Positions 1 through 14,232 of a stretch of DNA of 64,000 bases are shown here, in pieces (within the stretch, counting starts at the first letter, position 1; the number at the start of each line of letters is the position of its first letter). The stretch covers positions 1,612,001 through 1,676,000 of the forward strand of contig CAJFCJ010000003.1 of assembly GCA_904063045.1 (NCBI GenBank). The letters run 5' to 3'. Below the pieces are notes generated by a model that was not told where the DNA came from, searched no databases, and saw only the letters and a program-made list of their open reading frames with translations. This DNA comes from Dimorphilus gyrociliatus (Eukaryota; Animalia; Annelida). Position numbers and translations under genes: made by a program.

Positions 1-3000
1 AACCTAAAGAAGTTAGCGATGTATTAGGCAATCGTGCCAATGAAGACAGTAATATAACATGGTCTGAATTGCCTAAAGGAAAATCATATAAACAAAACGA
101 AACAAAGTTTGAAGATAAAGGTCTTCAGCCTTACTTTAATCTTGTAAATTCCTTCTTGAAAACTACTCAGCCGAAAACTCCGCTTCACGGTATACTCTTG
201 ATTTTTTTCTATTCAATCTAAGTTTAATTAAATTAACGCTAAAATTAACAGAGATACTTGATTATACGGAGGGTAACTCATTGGACATTCAAAATGTCAT
301 AAAGGAATATGGAGTAGGCATTATTATTTGTGGGAGTCTTGGTATTTTATTTGTAATATTTATGCCCATTATTGGACTATGTTTTTGTTGCTGTCGCTTA
401 TGTGGAAATTGCGGGGGTAAACGTATTCAAAATAAAGGATCTTATGATAGAGTAAAAGTGATAATATTTTCGGCCTTACTGGTTATATTCACAGCCTTTA
501 TCGGGTGCGTATAGTAAATAAATCTTTCATAGTTTCTTTTTGAAGATGAGATATAAACAATTACATATTACTCACTTTTCTTATATATATTATTATAACT
601 ATTGTAGAACTAGTGCAGCTTGTGTGATAGCAACTAGCGAGTATACAACAGATGCCATAAATAGTTTATATAATATTATATCCAATGATTATGATGACTT
701 GAACACTTTTTTGGAGAATGTAGTTGATGAGACTAATCACGCTACAAAGAGAAGCTTTGATTTTGCTGGCACAGTTATAAATAGGGATTTAGATAGTAAG
801 CTATTAAAAGAAAACATAATAAATGATTAGACTAACAATTAACAAAATGATATTTTAGATGTTGGCTATCTCATGGGAATTCCTCTACGAAACCATCTTG
901 GTAGTTCTTCAGGAGCAAATGTTGATAATAGCATTAATAACATAAAAAATCTCGATCCAAGTATATTCTGATCATATTTTCAAAAACTTTTAATTAACTT
1001 ACTTTAAATAATCTAGGAGTCGATGAACTGGAGAAGCAGATGAGTACTATTAAAAATAACACCGATAGCATAAAGCCTGACGGTACGAATTTAGAAGCCA
1101 GTTTATTGGATATGCGAAACAAAATAGCCGCTACTAAAGCTCAGACAGGAGCTTGTTTAACCTCTTGCCAAGCCCTAGACCAAACTCTACTTACTATGGA
1201 AGTTGATTACAACCTAGTAATGATTTTTCTTTTACCTACATTGTCCTTTTACTTCTGTTTAATGAATTGTGCTCGTGTGTATTTTTTAGCTACCCGATAT
1301 AACTACAGATTTGATTGCTATAAGAGCTGTTCAGGCTCAAGACATTGCGAAAAAAGCAGATCAGGTAGTATAATATTGTTAACAGCTTACTATTATATCA
1401 ATAGCATTATGATTATTTAATTAAGTTTGTGAATATATAACGTTTGTCTTACATTTAGGGTAAAACACAATTTGATTTGATACCTTATCGAGTGATAAAT
1501 GAATCGCTACCTACTTTACTCAGTAAATTATATTATTTCATATTGTTTTATTCCCAGACTAAGCAAATTTTCTTTTGGACAGGTGTAAAAAATCAACTAA
1601 GTAATTTTAGTAAAATTTTAACGGATCTGCTTGAAAATATCAATAAACTCCCCCAGGACGTAAGAATCTCATTTGATACTTTTTCCCTAAAAAGAACTCA
1701 AATAAACTCAAATACTTACATTTATTTTTCAATCTAGGCTTCTGAAAATCTAGATGATTCAAAGAAAGACGTTTTGAAATATCTTGATTACGCAAAGGAT
1801 TACAATCCTTATAGAAGATATGTTGGCTTTGGCTTTGGGGGAATAATAGCCTTAATAGGGTGTTTGATTTTGTTCGGACTTTTATGTGGTTTACTTGGGT
1901 ACAATCATAAAACTTCGCCCGTGGATAGAAGCTCTTTAAGTAATCATGGAGGAAATACGCTCATTTCGTAAGAAATATTTTTTTTAGAGACACTGATCAC
2001 ACTAACGTCTTAATCCCCAATAACTTTAGTTCAACGGCCTTTATATTCATTTTTACTCCTCTTTTTATGCTTATTACAACAATACTTTATTTGATTGCTG
2101 GAGCTATGACTCAGAGAATTGTGTGCGACGTTTTCACGGATTCGGAAATGACTGGAATTAAAGTACTCCTTGATGGTCCCAGGAGCATATTTGGTAAAAA
2201 CAAATATTACTTAGGCGAAATGTTTCTCCAGAACGATACAGTCCCTTTAACCTTCTCCGGTGTTCTAAGGTAACAACATATTTTGAAATTCTTATTGTCT
2301 GGTCACAAATTAAGTTAATAGCTTAATTAGTATTATAATTCACATGACCATGTTCTATTAGTATATTCTGCTTAGTAATCTCGAACATCTGAAGGTGATC
2401 AATTTAATTATAAAGAAATGCCTCCAGACTATCGATTCAGACGTCTTTTTGTCTTTACTATTTTTTGTAATCAATATTTTTAAATCATTCGTGTTTAAAC
2501 GAATCTATAACAGACATAATTGAATGAAGAGGGAAAGTGTTAGGAAAAATAAGAAATTTAATATTGAGAATCAAATAAGTTTCTTTTTCAGCGACTGCAA
2601 ATTAAATACGGCGGCCTTCACGGCCTTAAAACTCGATAGGAAATTTGATTTGGATACGGCTTCCGATTACAAGAAAGTAATTTATTCAATTTCTTTTCCG
2701 TAAATAAAAATAACCATACTTTTAAAACAAAATAAAACTTGTACAAGTATACAACTACGACAACAATTCACACACTATACCGTTATACAGTCAATCGACA
2801 TCGAGGGAGAAATTAATAAGATGCAAGTTGATTTAAGTAATATTGAAATTATGAATCAGGAAATGGAAGATCTATTAAATGCTTTTCACGATTCCCTTAA
2901 TATCAATTATAATGGATATATAAATGAGGTTTGTACTTTAATCTAATAGCACCTTCTTTGATGTTTCGAGTGCAACTGTCTCCTTTCTATTTCAGCTCTC

Positions 3001-4220
3001 AAAATCGACGACAAGAACTGATCTAGGGACATTTGCCACTCAAATGGAAAATTCAGCTAATGACGGTCAAACTATAAATCCAGCTAAAGTAGAAAGAAAT
3101 TTAGATAAAAAGAAAATACTTAAATCACCTAATCAATAAGATCTCTTTTTTTCTTTTTAGGACGAACTGTTAGCCTATGCTACCCAATTAAAAGCAATTT
3201 ACAACACTGGAACCTATGCAACGGCATATAATAATCAAAATCAATTATTGAGAGACGTCGTTCAGCTGCAAACTGATAAAACGAAAACTCAAGCTGATAT
3301 TAAAACAGCAATAAATACAGCAAAAGCCAGCAATAATTATTTTCCAACTCAATCAGACACCGACGTTAAAAATGTAGGGAGCGTGTATATTTCACGATTT
3401 AACAATTAATTTAATACGAAGAATTAATTTGCCTAGGCGGCCTCCAACTACGGTAAAAGAATTGTTCATCCTGCCGATCAATATAAAAAGCAAGCAGTGT
3501 ATTCTGTAAGTGGTTTGTTAAGCAAAACAATTGGTCAATTAGATCTTTTTTATCTAGATGAGAACTGATGTGGGAAGGTGTTCTACTATATATAACGTCT
3601 GGGACAGCCTTTTTAATATTGGATTATGTCACTACTTTACTTATTCAGTGGTGAGAAAATCTTGCATTAAACTATAATTTATATCCTTTGCAGCGGCGTT
3701 TATATAAAAATTCATCGTCTTTACAGAATGGTTTCTGGTTTGGCATAGGATGGGCTATATTTTTTATGATTCCAAGTGTAATTTTTGGCGTTAAGTTAGC
3801 AAAACATTTCCGTAAAATGCGTTTCGAAAATATTCATTCTCAACCGAATACAAACCAGAGGTTAGTTACTAAAATATTACCTTTTATTGTAAAAGCCTTT
3901 TCGTGTTGTATTGTTTTTGTTTAGTTGGGAAACAAAAACAAAAAGGAAATGTCGACCACGTTACTTTTCTTTCATTCTTTAAAAATTTATACAATAAATG
4001 TCATGAATATTTTATATTCACTTTTTTCTAGCTTACCGATGCAAAATGATCATATACCTACTCAAAACAACAAAGGACCACCATTTAAAAACAAAGTATC
4101 TCACACAGGTAGAAAAAAATTCTGTTACCAATGAATAAACCTTTAAACCTTTTTGCTTTTCTAGATGGTCCGGTCCCAGAGGCTCCATCACAGCAAGAAT
4201 TGTATCCTAATTTAAAGTAA
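1..4220 (+). CDS. PROM1: Prominin (CD133-like pentaspan glycoprotein), multi-exon, 5' part outside window
   Basis: Exon translations give prominin hallmarks: TM1 followed by Cys-rich PIIGLCFCCCRLCGNCGGKR; TM2 IIFSALLVIFTAFIG; YRRYVGFGFGGIIALIGCLILFGLLCGLLG...HGGNTLI; late TM NGFWFGIGWAIFFMIPSVIFGVKLAKHFRKMR. Last exon ttctag|ATGGTCCG...DGPVPEAPSQQELYPNLK* ends at TAA 4218-4220. Confidence 0.93.
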
Positions 4221-4960
4221 CTATGATTTATATATTTATTGTCTCTGATTAATTAAAATGAAGTCTTGAAACGTGTAAATTGGAGATTTATAAATTACTG
4301 ATTTATGAAATTAGGTTTAAAAGCTACAAGATGCCAGCGCCAAAGCCACTTGCTCGTGAAGACGAATGGTATTGAGTGGAGATATTCAACTAATATTGGC
4401 TATTTTCTGACTCTAACAAAAATATTTTTCTGCAGACTTATAATTATAAATCAATATTAACAGACTAATAATATATTTCGTTCGATTTCTACTAATTACT
4501 CAGCTACATGATGTTTTTCTCGTCATTTGCATTCTTATACCCCATATTAATCATCTAAATGTACCCTTTTTATCCGACAGGTTTTGAACGAAGAAAGAGA
4601 GTTTATATTTCCATAGACACCAGAAATGATATAGAAAAATTTTTCTATTAGTTCTCAATTTGTTTTTTTTTGTCTCAGTTAAGCACTTGAATAATTGAAT
4701 ATTGCTTGAATAAATAAAGCGATTAATAAATATTCATTAAAAATTATATATTCATATAATTCAATTTCACACAAATTTTCCATGTAGCAATAAAAACAAA
4801 GCGACAAAAATTTCTGTCGCCTCAAAGATGATTACAAAATTACAAAAAGTCTCTTAATATGCCACTTTTTATCAGTCAGAATTTAAAAGAAAATTCCACA
4901 AAGAAGTTATACAAGGTAAAAAAAGAAAATAATTAAATATTTTCTAAGACATAATAAGAT

Positions 4961-5540
4961 TTATAATTCGGTGACACCTTTATATATGCTATTCTCATTC
5001 CCAAGTGGTATAGTTATCTCTGTAATAGTATTATTCTTAGCGTCTAAAATTGGGTATCTGACAAATTTTTCTTGTTGTTCATTTATATGTATTGGTAACT
5101 CGATTGTCACTTCAGCCGCATCAACACTATCGTAAATTTGTAATAGTGATCTATGCATCGATCTGAAAATTTAACGAGAAATCATTGTTAGAATTTTTCA
5201 ATTTTGCAATCAAATATATTTCTTTTATGCAAATTTCTTTATACCTAAAATTAGGTAGATTTCGGTGGCCTGCTTCGAAGCTGGACCGAGCCGTTACGGT
5301 AGAGAGTCGGTTTACATGTTTCTTAGAACTTCTATATATACCCCGGGAAGTTCTCTTCTTTCTCTTTAGACACTGCCCCCTTAACAAACCGCAAACTATA
5401 CTGAACAGTAATATAGCAACTGCAATACCAGCCCCGACTGTAATTACAATTAATAAATTGTTAGGAGGCTGATCCGGTTTCTTTGGTTTCACTTCTGCTG
5501 TTGTCTCCAATTTCTCTTCTGTCCCGGAACTCTCAATCAT
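4961..5540 (-). CDS. Orphan single-pass membrane protein (two exons seen; an upstream exon is possible)
   Basis: ORFs 5151-5588 and 4961-5158 join in frame through a GT-AG intron at 5163-5244 (NLPNFR|SMHRSLLQ). One hydrophobic helix (LLIVITVGAGIAVAILLFSIVCGLL) is followed by a basic stop-transfer segment (KRKKR). First ATG at 5540. Confidence 0.7.
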
Positions 5541-5772
5541 TCTAGTTGTATTGCTATTAAAAAGTATTACAAGGCTGTCTAAATCCAAGATTCAATAATA
5601 CGTATATTTCTTAGCTAACATATTCACATAATTTATCTACCAAGGTTAAAGAATAGATTTCGTAACAAGCTTTAGACATTTTAGGGCTGCATTTAATCAG
5701 AAAATATCAAGGTAACATCACTCAATAACTGTTAAGAAACAAACTATTTAACGTGAATGAAAGCAGTTATAA

Positions 5773-5785
5773 TGCCATCTACAGG
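5773..5785. promoter_or_regulatory. CTCF-like motif
   Basis: TGCCATCTACAGG (reverse complement CCTGTAGATGGCA), about 230 nt upstream of the orphan membrane gene ATG. Confidence 0.4.
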
Positions 5786-7429
5786 TGAAATTCAATTTGC
5801 ATAGTAATATAGTAATTTTTAGTAGTAATTACTTAATTATTAAGACCTTTAAAGGTGACTATTAAAACTGTTTAAAAACTAACCTTTTCTCATTTGCGTC
5901 TTTAGAGCTGTTTTTATATAAATATTAACTTAAGTAATATAATCATTTGACAGAGCACAATCATTAAAAAAAATAGATTTTTATTAAACCTCAACACGAT
6001 GAACAATCTGCCTAAGAAAATTGAAATCCAAAAAACTTGTTGAAACATCTTCAATATTGAAATTTTTACTAAAAAAGAAAAAGATATCAGCAAAATTCGC
6101 AGTTTATCATAATTCTTTTTGTCAGCTACAATAAAATTCCAATTACTGATTACAGTTACTCATTAGAAAAAGGAGTAACCTACAAAACTACTCAATTAAT
6201 AGTATTACATATCTTAAGTAAATTGCATATGAATATTAAAAATTAAATATAAACTCTTCCCTTACATAAATAATATACAATGTTATATTGTATAATTGTT
6301 TGCAATATTTGATTACAAATTTTCTATATTTTTCAATTCCAGTGTCAAATGGAACTACAATCGTCTGCCAAAAAAAAAGTTAGAGGGATAAAAGAGTTAG
6401 CAGATCGGAAAGTTATTCATTCATCAAATCTCTTTAGGATTTATTGTACGGTCTCATCAATGCCCGAGTTGCTACATCTAAAGCAGTTGATTTTCATCTG
6501 GATAACTGATGTAATTTAAAAAGAAAGGGTATTTTGAAGGCCACTTTTATGGTCCCTTGAAATAACCGTCAATCAGAATATCGAGGCATGATATAATACA
6601 TTAAAAGAAAAGAGTTAGGAAAAAATCAATAGAAAATAGAAAAATAAGTCTCTCCCCCGTATCTTATCTGACGTAAAATTTCAACGGGCGATCTTTTGTG
6701 TAATCTTTCTAATCCAAAAAACTACCATAAATCCTTGCACTCCCCCTTTTCTAGCGAAGGTTAAAGTTTTGCGACTTTATTTATGGATAAATAGAATGCA
6801 AGATATATATACAGTACCAAAAAACAATTTCAAAATATAATAAATGTTACAGTCAAATTTTGTATCATTATGTGTAAACAATAATTTTTCGATGGAGAAG
6901 AGCTGTCGTATAATTTTAGAATAATTTCTGTATAATTTTCTTTATAACGTTCGTTGATGATGATAACTAAGAATTATGTTTAATGTGTATTCCTTTACTC
7001 CACCGAAATTTTATCTGGGATTGTGTAGTCGTAATATGACTTTTAAAGGGTCTAATTAGTTAAGGAAAAAATAAAATATCTTTCGAATTAGTGTTTCTCT
7101 GATATTCAATACTCATTGGAGATTTATATAAAGATGAAAAAGACATTTAATTTAAGATCTATACATTGGAAATCTGACAAAAAATTTATCTTTCAGATTC
7201 TTATTTGACTAAACAATAATAAAGTAGTTTATTGATTATAACCTTTATTATCTATTGATTTTGTAAATTAACAGTCTTCTTTCGTCTCAGATATTGCTAT
7301 ATCTTCATATCAAAGAGTGTCTCTCTCTCTTTCCTTCCCCCTCCCCTTCCAACCTCCTCTCCCCCTAGAGTTATTTATTCTTTTTAGTACTGATGAGATA
7401 GCTAGATGTGAATTCCCATACAAGTCTTC

Positions 7430-9050
7430 AAAGAATTTTAATTATCTTAAACGTCTCACTATATCAAAATATCCACTAAACTTTTCACTGTTAAAACAAT
7501 CATTTTATCCAGAACATGTCCTGTACAGCTTAATAGTTGACAATAAAATCTCTGTTATCTAAATGGCAAGAAGGAAGATAATAGTTTTAAACAGGCTTAC
7601 ATTTTGTAGTTTTATCCATATGACAACGGAAGTTTCCTTTAGAGATAACTATTTATAACAAGGCCTTTCAAGTCCTTTAATTATTGGCTATAATTTATTG
7701 CATTATAAGTTGAATTTCATTCAACTATTCCATCAATTGCAATTATTATTTCTATACTCATCATCAAAGTCTCTGTATTTAGTAGTAATACTCTGTAAAA
7801 TAGATTTAAACGAAGCAGGGGATAAATTCCGGTCTTCCAAGATTTTGGAGCTATTTTGCAAAATAAGTGAGTTCTTTGAAATAAATCAAGTTTCAATCCT
7901 GCCAATATATTTATAATGATTTAAATAAGTCAAAGAATTAACTTTAGCCTTCTGATTTATCTACAAAGAACATTTATCGACTTAAAATTGGCTTCGATAC
8001 AGATTTATATATTTAATAAATACAAATGATTTCTCAGATTAATCCTAAGCTAGCTTTGATCTCTCTTAATCAAATCGAACAATGTACTGACATGGAAAAG
8101 CAATATCTATCTAAGCTGAATACGAAGCACCGCTTAAATCCATTTTTAGCTAAAGTAAAAGTTTAGTACTAATAAATGATGTTCGAATTGAGGCATGTAA
8201 TCCGATAATCGGTTCAAAAGAAGAGAAGACGATTTCTTAAGCTTCAAAATGAGCCAATATCCAGGTATAGCTCGTACTAATATTGAAGTCTTGATTAAAT
8301 TCAGTTTGTATTACTGAAAAACTTTGCTCTGATCAAGCAAAAAGTCATCAGTTTACGGATGATTGAATGAGAATATGTTATTAAACTGCTTATTGAGTCA
8401 ATTATTTTTTAAATTTATCAGTTAGCATATAGCAGAAGGATATATCTTTTACACCTAAAGATCCTAAATTTAATAAACAGTCTTATAACAAAGACAAAAA
8501 TGAATTCAATCTCCTAACATGAAAAAATATTAGATAGCTTTGAATTCTTTGAAGTTAGTATTAAAGCGTTATTCAGTTTACTTTCATAAAATCTACAGAA
8601 AGTAGATGTAAAAGAAATCATCTCAGCATAGTCATATAACGATCATTTACAGGCATTCCAAATGAGATCAAATCTCTTATCTATTTTATCGAACAGCATT
8701 CCCTTAAAAATAAGGGAAACAATTAATAAGCAATTTCATATTTTCTCTTTGCATATGTTTTACATATATTGTATACAGTGGCGAACAATCTTTGTATGAA
8801 GATCGCAGCTTTAAGATTTTGAATATTATTGAACTGCTTGCTATCTTTGCAGTGTAAAAGTCTTGCTATGACTTCCCAGGAGACTCTCTGACTATGTTAA
8901 AGTCTTAACATTTTGTTCAATTATATAGATTTTCTCTTCTTTATCTTATGGTTTGTTGAATAAGGCTCTTTCCGCAAGTTTCTTTACTTTCTACCCTCAC
9001 TTTTTAAAATATTTTTGATAATTTTATTTAGAGCCTGACAGTGACAGAAA
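7430..9050 (+). pseudogene. Decayed leucine-rich-repeat (possibly LRR-receptor) remnant
   Basis: Short LRR-like peptides in shifting frames with stops: LKRLTISKYPL, LYSLIVDNKISVI, INQVSILP, VKELTLAF, PKLALISLNQIEQ, NLQKVDV/RNHLSIV, HLQAFQMRSNLLSIL; hydrophobic fragments after ~8880. Confidence 0.35.
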
Positions 9051-9626
9051 TTCTTTAATTTTTTTTTGCAGAAATCTTGTTCTGCACAGCATCAAAAATT
9101 TTTTGCTGTCGATTTTTTTCTGCGCAATTTATTATCATTTCCTTATAATTATTTGGAATTTATAATAAATTTGAAATTTTGTATCATTATTTCCTTTGAT
9201 TTACAATGCTCTCTCTCTGCAACAGTCTCTTCAACTGTCATATTTTTTCCCATTACCATTTCACACTTGTTTATGAACTAGATAGAATATTTGATTAGTA
9301 CTGTTAATTATTCGCCTATTTCTTATATTTTTAATAATAGAAAAGCATCGTTAAGTGAGAAAAAGATGATGTAAACAGAATTGCCTTTATATTTGTATAC
9401 AAAGAAAGAGTTTGATGGGGATTCGACAAGTACACAGGACTTGAAAGAATTTCTTCTAGCCTACAGTAAACTAATGATCCATAATAGAATCTAGGGGTCT
9501 AAAATTTTTCTCGTTAATGTCAGAGAAATAATATTAAAGACAAAAGTATACAGAATTTTTTCTGGCACAGAGAATTCTTAACATACTGTATTTCATATTA
9601 TGTATTAATAGCATATCATTAACACT

Positions 9627-10669
9627 TTATGATTTAGTCTTCGTAATTGAATAAAACTTTTCACCGTTATAATCGATGAAATCTATTACAGTATATTCTT
9701 TTGTGATCTTCACTGCTGTGAAGCCATTCGTATTCTTAAACATATTAGAAGTTATATTCCATTTTTTTAACTCTTCAAGATGTTCTGGTATTTGTACAGT
9801 TGGGAATTGACCTCCACCTCCGCTTCCGATATAGGTAACACTATCGAAGGATGGACCAGTTAAGTGCTGCAAGACATGATCATGACCAAAAATATAAAAG
9901 TCAACTTTATGTTCTATAAGGATTGGTCGAAGTTCATCTATTAAATCTTCATGATTCCCATGTAGGGCAGTGGAAAATATAGGATGGTGAGCAGCCACAA
10001 TGCTCCAGTCTGCATGACTATTAGCTAAGGTGGTGTTTAGAAAGTCCAATTGCTCTCCTTTGTTTGAAGTAAAGTACATGGACTCAGTGTCAACTACTAC
10101 AAACAATACTTCCAGAAATCCTACTTTTTTTGTAAAGGTATAAAAAAACTTTGGTATTTTCCATAAAGGCTCGACTTTGGAAAATTCCAGTTGATGTTTT
10201 CCGTTATCTAAATAATGATCATGATTACCCAATGAAATTTGCCATTCAACTCGTAAAGATGGATGTGGATTCAAGTACACCTAAATTGTATATAAAATTT
10301 TAGTTTCCAACACGCTTAGATTTTGAAGTATAAGATTTTTATCTACGTACTTGTCTCCATTTCCTATTGAATTGTTCATCGTCAACGCTATTGGCACCCA
10401 CAGGATAAAAATTATCTCCTAAAGTTAATATAAAATTAAGTCCAGTTTCATTTGCCCACTCAGCCATTTTATTCGCCACTCTCTCTTGATAATCAACTTC
10501 ATCCGGTACCTTATCCGTTCCCCAATCTCCAAGAGCAATAAAATTTAATGCTTCCGGATCTTTTATACTCGAAGTGACATCCAAAAAGATTAAAACAGAC
10601 AATAACCTATAATAATTAAATTGAAATATTTATGAGTTTATAGAAGAGAGAAACTTACGGAAGAAGCAT
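9627..10669 (-). CDS. ACP5: Tartrate-resistant (purple) acid phosphatase, ACP5-like, copy 1; 3 exons
   Basis: Spliced start MLLP|LLSVLIFLDVTSS (signal peptide; intron 10607-10658). All metal-ligand motifs present: GDWG, GDNFY, GNHDH, VAAHHP, GHDH, plus GSGGGG. Confidence 0.93.
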
Positions 10670-11677
10670 GTTTTAGAGCCAGTTACATAATTGTATTGTT
10701 TTTATTGCTTTAATATACTTTAATCACCTGTCAATTTCCATCGATATACACTGATGCTAACAAAGAGAGTAATAATAAAAGTCAACAGCTTTTATTATTC
10801 TGATATCTTAATATCTTTTAGTAACCCATTACATAACTATGTACTTGCTGTAAAATTAAAGACAAATAATATAAATAAGAATTCTACAAAAATGAGTTGT
10901 TGACAGTTATACATTGCAGTTAGTGTTGTACTTGGAATACAGACTATAACCCGTTAATAAAACGAGATGAATGTGCACAAGTGAAACTGAAAATTGAAGA
11001 CGTGGAATTTTTATCTCAAATTTCTAAATGTCCTAATTATTTAGAAAATTATATCAATAATTTCACAATATAATGATAAAAATAACGTGTACTAATTTCT
11101 ATACACCAAAATAATACTCAATTACGTGTTGAGAAAATTCAGAATGGGTAGATAGAAGAGAGAACTCTGACAAGCTGTTTAATAGAGTAGGAAATTCTAA
11201 AGTATTCACTTTGCTTTTAATAGTTTATTTGTATTATTTAGCATTAGCAAGAAGAAAAGCTAGTGTTATAAACTAAGCACTATAAATATGAGAATCTTCT
11301 TTAAAAAGTCAATTTTCTCACTAATTGTAATCCTAAACCCACCTCTCGTAAATAAGAGGCTAATAATATTGAAATGATAATCTCAAGTTTGTTAAAAACT
11401 TCCTTAAGACTGTAATCTATACGCATATAAAGAATATGCGTGCTCTGGTGAAAAGAAGAATCATCGTCAGGTTGCATAAATTATAAAATGATTCGAAACA
11501 GCTCTCACAAAATTTTCAAACTTCGAAAAGAATATTGAAATTGAATAAGAACTTTATACAGAAGAGAATCTTTTCATAAGAAAAATATTGCCTATCACAA
11601 ACGTAAAATAGAACTCGTTTATCTAAATTCAATGAAAAGTTCTTCTCAGAATGATAAGATATGAGAATATTTTAAAA

Positions 11678-12735
11678 TTAGTTCTTATATTTAGTAAAAG
11701 AATAAAACATGGTACCCTCTAAATCGACGTATTCTACAGTTATGGAATTTTGTTTTACTTTAATTCCTGTAAAACCATTGATACTATTAAACATTTTTTG
11801 TGTAACATTCATGTCTTTTAAGTCTTCTACCGCAATCTCATTCTGTGGTCTCGCCGAGGCTCCTCCACCACCACTAATTACGTACTCGATAGAATCTCCT
11901 GGCGGTCCGTTAAGGTGTTGTAAATCATGCTCATGACCAGCTAAATAGAAGTCTACGTTGTGTTTAAGCAAAATTGGTCTTACGTCATCAATCATTCCGA
12001 AATCACTACCATGATGACCGGATGAATAAACAGGATGATGGGCGGCTACAATAACCCAGTCAGCTGAAGCTTGTTCTAGAGTTTCGTCTAACCACGATAC
12101 TTGCTCATTCAAAGTATCATTTACCAACCAATATAAACTATCGCTATCCACAACAACAAAAAAAACTGATGTATCACCAAACGTTTTGGTAAAAGTATAG
12201 TTAAAAGAAGGTAACTCCCAAAGGGGTTCTGTCTTTCCAAATTCAACTTGATAGTGACCAGTGAAGACTCTGTGGTCATGGTTCCCCAAAGATATTTTCC
12301 ACTCTACTCTTAGGGACGGGTATGGGTTTAAATAGACCTATTAAAAAAAAACTAGATTTCTTTCTAAAAGTTTCATTTGACTTACGTTTCTCCATTTTGT
12401 TTCAAATTGTTCATCATCAGCACTGAACACACCATCGGGATAGAAATTATCTCCCAAAGTTAAAACGAATTCAGCATTATTCTCCCGTGCCCAAACATCC
12501 ATCTGCCTGGCAACATCATCCTGTTTATTCGGTACGCCAGCGGTTCGTGTTCTTCCCCAATCACCAATTGTAATAAAATTAAAACCTTCTTCTGCTAAAA
12601 GTAGAGTTGCAAAAGTCAAAGTCGCAAAAAGAAACGAACTGTAGGAATAAAATAAAATAATTCTTTATGATTATTGTTGATAAATTATTTCTACTTGAGT
12701 TAAAAAGTATGATTCACTTACATAAGAGAGTTCAT
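11678..12735 (-). CDS. ACP5: Tartrate-resistant (purple) acid phosphatase, ACP5-like, copy 2; 3 exons
   Basis: Spliced start MNSLI|SFLFATLTFATLLLA (signal peptide). Motifs GDWG, GDNFY, GNHDH, VAAHHP, GHEH, SGGGG. Same intron positions as copy 1. Confidence 0.93.
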
Positions 12736-14232
12736 ACTTAAATTATGCTTAAGGTAAGGTTCTGGCTCTTAAATATCTCTTCTTTGTTTATATACTATAT
12801 TGAATGAACTATGTCATCTGATTAGTGATCTCAGATATGCAAAAAGTGACAAGCTATCAACATCTGCTATTTCCATATCTCTTAAAAAGATCACATGTTA
12901 AAGTGATATAGTTGTAATAATTATGACAAATTATTTAAATTTCACTGTTTCAAAAATTTAAACGTACCTCTTGCGGTTATTCTGCTTAAAACTAGGGAAG
13001 TAGAAATCTCGTTTAAAGCAAAAACAAAATCATAAACAATGAATAAGAATTTCTATATTTACTGAAAAAGCAAACAATTTATTATTAGCTGATAATGGCT
13101 TTACTCGAATTACTATATCTAGATACAGAAAATGTTTTAAAAGGCGGTTTATTCTTTACAAAACGGAATATGAAAATATATTTTGAAAAGTTAATGAATC
13201 TCTTTCAGTTCTTTAAAAATAAAAAAATTTGGATAGTAGAAGCTACGCTACCACCATCTAGTGGATTTTTAAAACAACCTGATATTTATTGCTTGTGAAC
13301 TAAAATTTTCCATAATGAAAGATCTTAGACTTCCGTAAAAGTAAAAGTAGCATGTCATAAATGTAAGATTCCTCCAGCAATATAATAGTAGACGACCGTA
13401 TTCCTGCTAAAGAGAATGCACAATTAAACGAAAATACACTATTTTATCTTTCGATGAAATTTTACCTATCTTTGAATTATATTGAAGCTCTCCTCTACCA
13501 TATTGAACTTTAAAGGCTTCTATTAGAAATATACTATCTATTTAAAATTCTTTTTGACAAAAAACCGAACGAAGCTTAAGCTCTGAAATGATATAAAAAG
13601 ACTGAGAAGAGAGATGAAAGGATTCGAACTGGCAAACAAGAATTATTTACTGGATTGCTTCCTAGACTGTAAGCATCATTTAAACAACAAAGAAATATTG
13701 CATCCGTTTATGAAAACTTAGAAATTTCCTTTAATATTAAAACTATTAGATTTTAAGCAATCAAGCAAATAAAAATTATCATCTGCTTGAACGAGTTTTA
13801 CCATAAACAAAATCACAACTACGATTTTTTATTGTCACGTAAACTAATACATGTTAACTTTTTGCTATTGTATGAATTAGATATCAGAATCCAAAAAATA
13901 TTTCTTGAAAGGTTAAGTCTTACACATCTTGTCTCACACTACAAAGCATATCTAGCCACTTCTTAAAGATAGAGCACTAAAATAAGTAATGGACCATATG
14001 AAAACTATACAATTAAATTAAAAACAACCCTTTATTGATTCTAAAATGAAGCACCGACGTAAACTTGGAAAAAGTAGTCAAATGCACTTATTCGTTATCT
14101 TTATTTAAGGAAGCCAGATGACTGATGCTAACCAACTTCTTTTAGCGAATTTCAAACGCTTATGTTGAGTATGTTCTAATCGTTAATAGTAGCTTATGCG
14201 AGATTTCTGTCACTTGCAGCTTCGACTCCGTC

